A DNA stretch of 64,000 bases from NCBI GenBank assembly GCA_038889075.1, contig JAWAHS010000002.1:298224-362223 (forward strand), given 5' to 3'. This DNA is from Ignisphaera sp. GTDB taxonomy: Archaea; Thermoproteota; Thermoprotei_A; Sulfolobales; Ignisphaeraceae. The notes beneath the pieces were generated by a model that was given only the letters and a program-made list of their open reading frames with translations, did no database searches and was not told where the DNA came from. The first letter of the stretch is position 1, and the number at the start of each line of letters is the position of its first letter. Positions 61,698-64,000 of the stretch are shown here, in pieces. Position numbers and translations under genes: made by a program.

Positions 61698-63025
61698 TAC
61701 AGCACCATTATCTTCCTCTTAATCTCCTCAACATTGTTTATAACATCTGTAAAGTCCTCTACAATCTCTACTGCACCTAAATACTCACCCTTATCATTTC
61801 TAACAGCAGCTATGAGTACCCTTACTATTCTATCTCCAATCCTAGTCCAATACTCTCTGTAGCTGGTTCTACCGGCCTTAAGCTCATCTATCGTGCTGCG
61901 GACGAGTTTTTCGAGTCTTGGTGGATGGCAGAACTCCACTCTTCTACTCAGTATGGTTTTCGTTCTTATAAAGCCTCTTCTACCCAATTTACTCTCGCTA
62001 AAGAATGTCACCCTATCGTTTTTATCTGCATAGGTAATCTCTAGTGGAAGGGTTTTGATAAGCTCCCTAATCTCCTCTATACTTAGATACCCTGTCTCGA
62101 GATCTATATCGCCTTCCTCTCTAATCTCGTATGCATCGGGCTTTACACCTCCTTTAAGAGCAGCATCTCTAAATTCTGGTGGGAGTTTCTCTATTTGCTG
62201 AGGCTCTATAGCTACCTTGAGTTCGTGGGGCAGTACTGGCTTTTCTCTAGGGCTCCACTCTCTATCCTTTACATCTATAATCCAGCCCATGCTGTCTGCG
62301 ATTTCAGCAATGGCGCTCCACTCACCTTCACTAAATAGAGCCCATGTGGCTGGAAGCAGTATCTTATTCTCTCTAAAGACAAGCTCGCTGACATCCCTGG
62401 CTATATCTACTCCCAGCTCTCCAAGCCTCCTGATATCCTCTATGCTTCTAGATCCCTGGACCCTTCTAGCCTCCTCGAAGAATCTTCTGAGCTTAACCAC
62501 TATCTGATCCTCCCTACCCCAGAGCACCCTAGGTACAGCAATAATCCCTCTCCTCTCAAGATATGGAAAGACCAGCATCTGAATCTTTCTATAGTGGCTC
62601 CTCAATACCCTAAGCCGCTCAGCAGTAGCTAGTAGCCCCTGAAGATATCCTACAGCCTCCTCACTACTATGAACCCTTAAAAGCATAGATGAGTAGAGAC
62701 CTAGTGCCTCAGCCTGCTTCAGCACCCACTCATTCTCTTTCATAAATAGATCTACAGGATGCCCCCTAGGGACACCAGATAGCTCTCTCCCAGCAAGATA
62801 TTCTCTAAATAGCGCAACATGGAGATCACAGAGCTTTAGTATATCGTCAATGGGTATTCCCTCAGCAACAATCTGCTGCTCAATCAGTGGTATTTCAAAT
62901 GGAGATATCTGTGCTATAACCTCTCCAAACCTCTTCTTAAGCTCCTCCATACTTTCACCCCTATGAATAGCCTTCAACAGGCTTTTCACTACCTCTATCT
63001 TTCTATCTGTATCCGAATTTGACAT
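61697..63025 (-). CDS. DUF438 + hemerythrin-like + PAS domain protein (COG2461-like)
   Basis: IEQQ...LCDLH, GHPVD..MKEN, HY..., LVFPYLE, REN.IL.P, ETGYLS, CHPP. Confidence 0.85.
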   Translation of the reverse strand: MSNSDTDRKIEVVKSLLKAIHRGESMEELKKRFGEVIAQISPFEIPLIEQQIVAEGIPIDDILKLCDLHVALFREYLAGRELSGVPRGHPVDLFMKENEWVLKQAEALGLYSSMLLRVHSSEEAVGYLQGLLATAERLRVLRSHYRKIQMLVFPYLERRGIIAVPRVLWGREDQIVVKLRRFFEEARRVQGSRSIEDIRRLGELGVDIARDVSELVFRENKILLPATWALFSEGEWSAIAEIADSMGWIIDVKDREWSPREKPVLPHELKVAIEPQQIEKLPPEFRDAALKGGVKPDAYEIREEGDIDLETGYLSIEEIRELIKTLPLEITYADKNDRVTFFSESKLGRRGFIRTKTILSRRVEFCHPPRLEKLVRSTIDELKAGRTSYREYWTRIGDRIVRVLIAAVRNDKGEYLGAVEIVEDFTDVINNVEEIKRKIMVL

Positions 63026-63292
63026 GTGTCAAACACCGTGTATAGCACTACACTATAGAGCTTAAAACCCCTCCCAATATGACAGAGTCCTCCACCAACA
63101 TACCTTCTGTAAAAAGGGTTTAAACACAGCTAACTGCTAAAACCTCATTGAAAATCCTGGTAAAACCTTTATATAGCAGGGCAGAAGAGGTGTGCAAACC
63201 TTGAACTAGACAAGGTTTGGTAAATATGGTATTCAGATTTTTAAATTGTGGTACCACCGTAGTACCGGATTGTAGATGGTATCCTTTAAGTG

Positions 63293-63680
63293 GTGGATTT
63301 GAGGAACGAGGCACTAAGATGGTTTATCCAGGCTGGGAGCGATCTTAGGAAGGCTTTTAACGATCTCAAGACCAGGGATTGAGATTTGGCAGCATTTTGG
63401 TCTCAGCAGTGTGCTGAGAAAGCATTAAAAGCTCTTCTTCTAGCTAGAGGTAGGATTTACCATGGACATGATCTACTTGATATTGCTTGCACTATCCGTG
63501 AGGATCTCGGTCTAGATATAGGTTGTCTACCGGATGACCTACGGGAGCTTACAGTACACTATACCGTGGCCAGATATACCCAAATGCTGCTAACGCCATA
63601 CCTTCGGAGCTCTATAGTGAGGCTCGGATCTTGTTGAGAGGGCTATAAAAAGGTGTTGGAATGGGTAAAGCAAAATCTGC
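63293..63680 (+). pseudogene. HEPN toxin pseudogene
   Basis: In-frame TGA at 63380 before DLAAFWSQQCAEKALKA; GHDL; frameshift at ARY/YPNAANAIPSELY. Confidence 0.78.
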
Positions 63681-63859
63681 AAAGCGTCTCAGGAAGAGCT
63701 TTGAGAATAGCACATGGGTTTGTAAGGAAGGTAGGTGTAGAGCTTAGGAAACATGGATTCATACTCGGGGAGGCGTATATAGTTGGTAGTAGAGCTAGAG
63801 GAGACTATATAGAGGAAAGCGATATAGATATAGTTCTTGTTGTAGATGGGGTTTGGTAG
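63661..63859 (+). pseudogene. Truncated MNT antitoxin pseudogene
   Basis: MGKAKSA start frameshifted onto YIVGSRARGDYIEESDIDIVLV, then early stop. Confidence 0.72.
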
Positions 63860-63956
63860 CTGTTTCTTTTCTCTAGGTTTCTCTAGGGTTTTCAAAGCTT
63901 TTAATGCGATTAGGTGTGGGCAAGGCTTATAAACATCTGAAGCTTAATAATCATCT

Positions 63957-64000
63957 TGGTGACCCTGGGTTTCCGAGACCCACGGCAGACCGTGGGGAGG
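63957..64000 (+). ncRNA. 5' end of a GC-rich structured RNA, probably RNase P RNA (truncated by window edge)
   Basis: TTATAAA at 63927-63933; hairpin CCCACGG-caga-CCGTGGG (63979-63996) followed directly by GAGG, as P3 precedes GAGGAA in RNase P RNA. Confidence 0.45.

Noticed and set aside
63380-63382. In-frame TGA as selenocysteine or programmed recoding
   Set aside because: The position fits a Trp codon mutated to stop, and the gene has a further frameshift and a truncated partner

Overview
64-kb window from a hyperthermophilic crenarchaeon, most like Desulfurococcales/Ignisphaera. This is inferred from GGTG(A/G) ribosome-binding sites, TATA promoters, IPCT/DIPPS, AlaX-M and HEPN-MNT pairs. 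Main blocks: (1) a corrinoid protein + UroD/MtaA-type methyltransferase + SIS sugar-isomerase cluster; (2) a bactofilin-like protein next to a two-domain KaiC/RAD55 ATPase and a small partner; (3) housekeeping genes (RsmB-type methylase, PfkB kinase, HtrA); (4) an extended IPCT/DIPPS downstream of a 9-gene Mrp/Mnh antiporter operon; (5) a hemicellulose-oligosaccharide locus (DUF3786, GPH-type MFS, Opp/Dpp-type ABC transporter, GH3, GH51); (6) two surface proteins followed by a decaying accessory region (three HEPN-MNT pairs with one intact; ATPase, hydrolase, macro-domain and surface-protein pseudogenes). Signals not in the ORF track: two candidate C/D-box sRNAs, a probable RNase P RNA 5' end at the right edge, a dispersed ~43-bp IS200/IS605-derived single-hairpin repeat, two probable tnpB-tail/omegaRNA remnants, two genes apparently starting at ATA, and block-wise T/G versus A/C synonymous-codon switching inside genes. 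No CRISPR array, tRNA or rRNA was seen. All family calls come from motif recognition by eye, not database searches.
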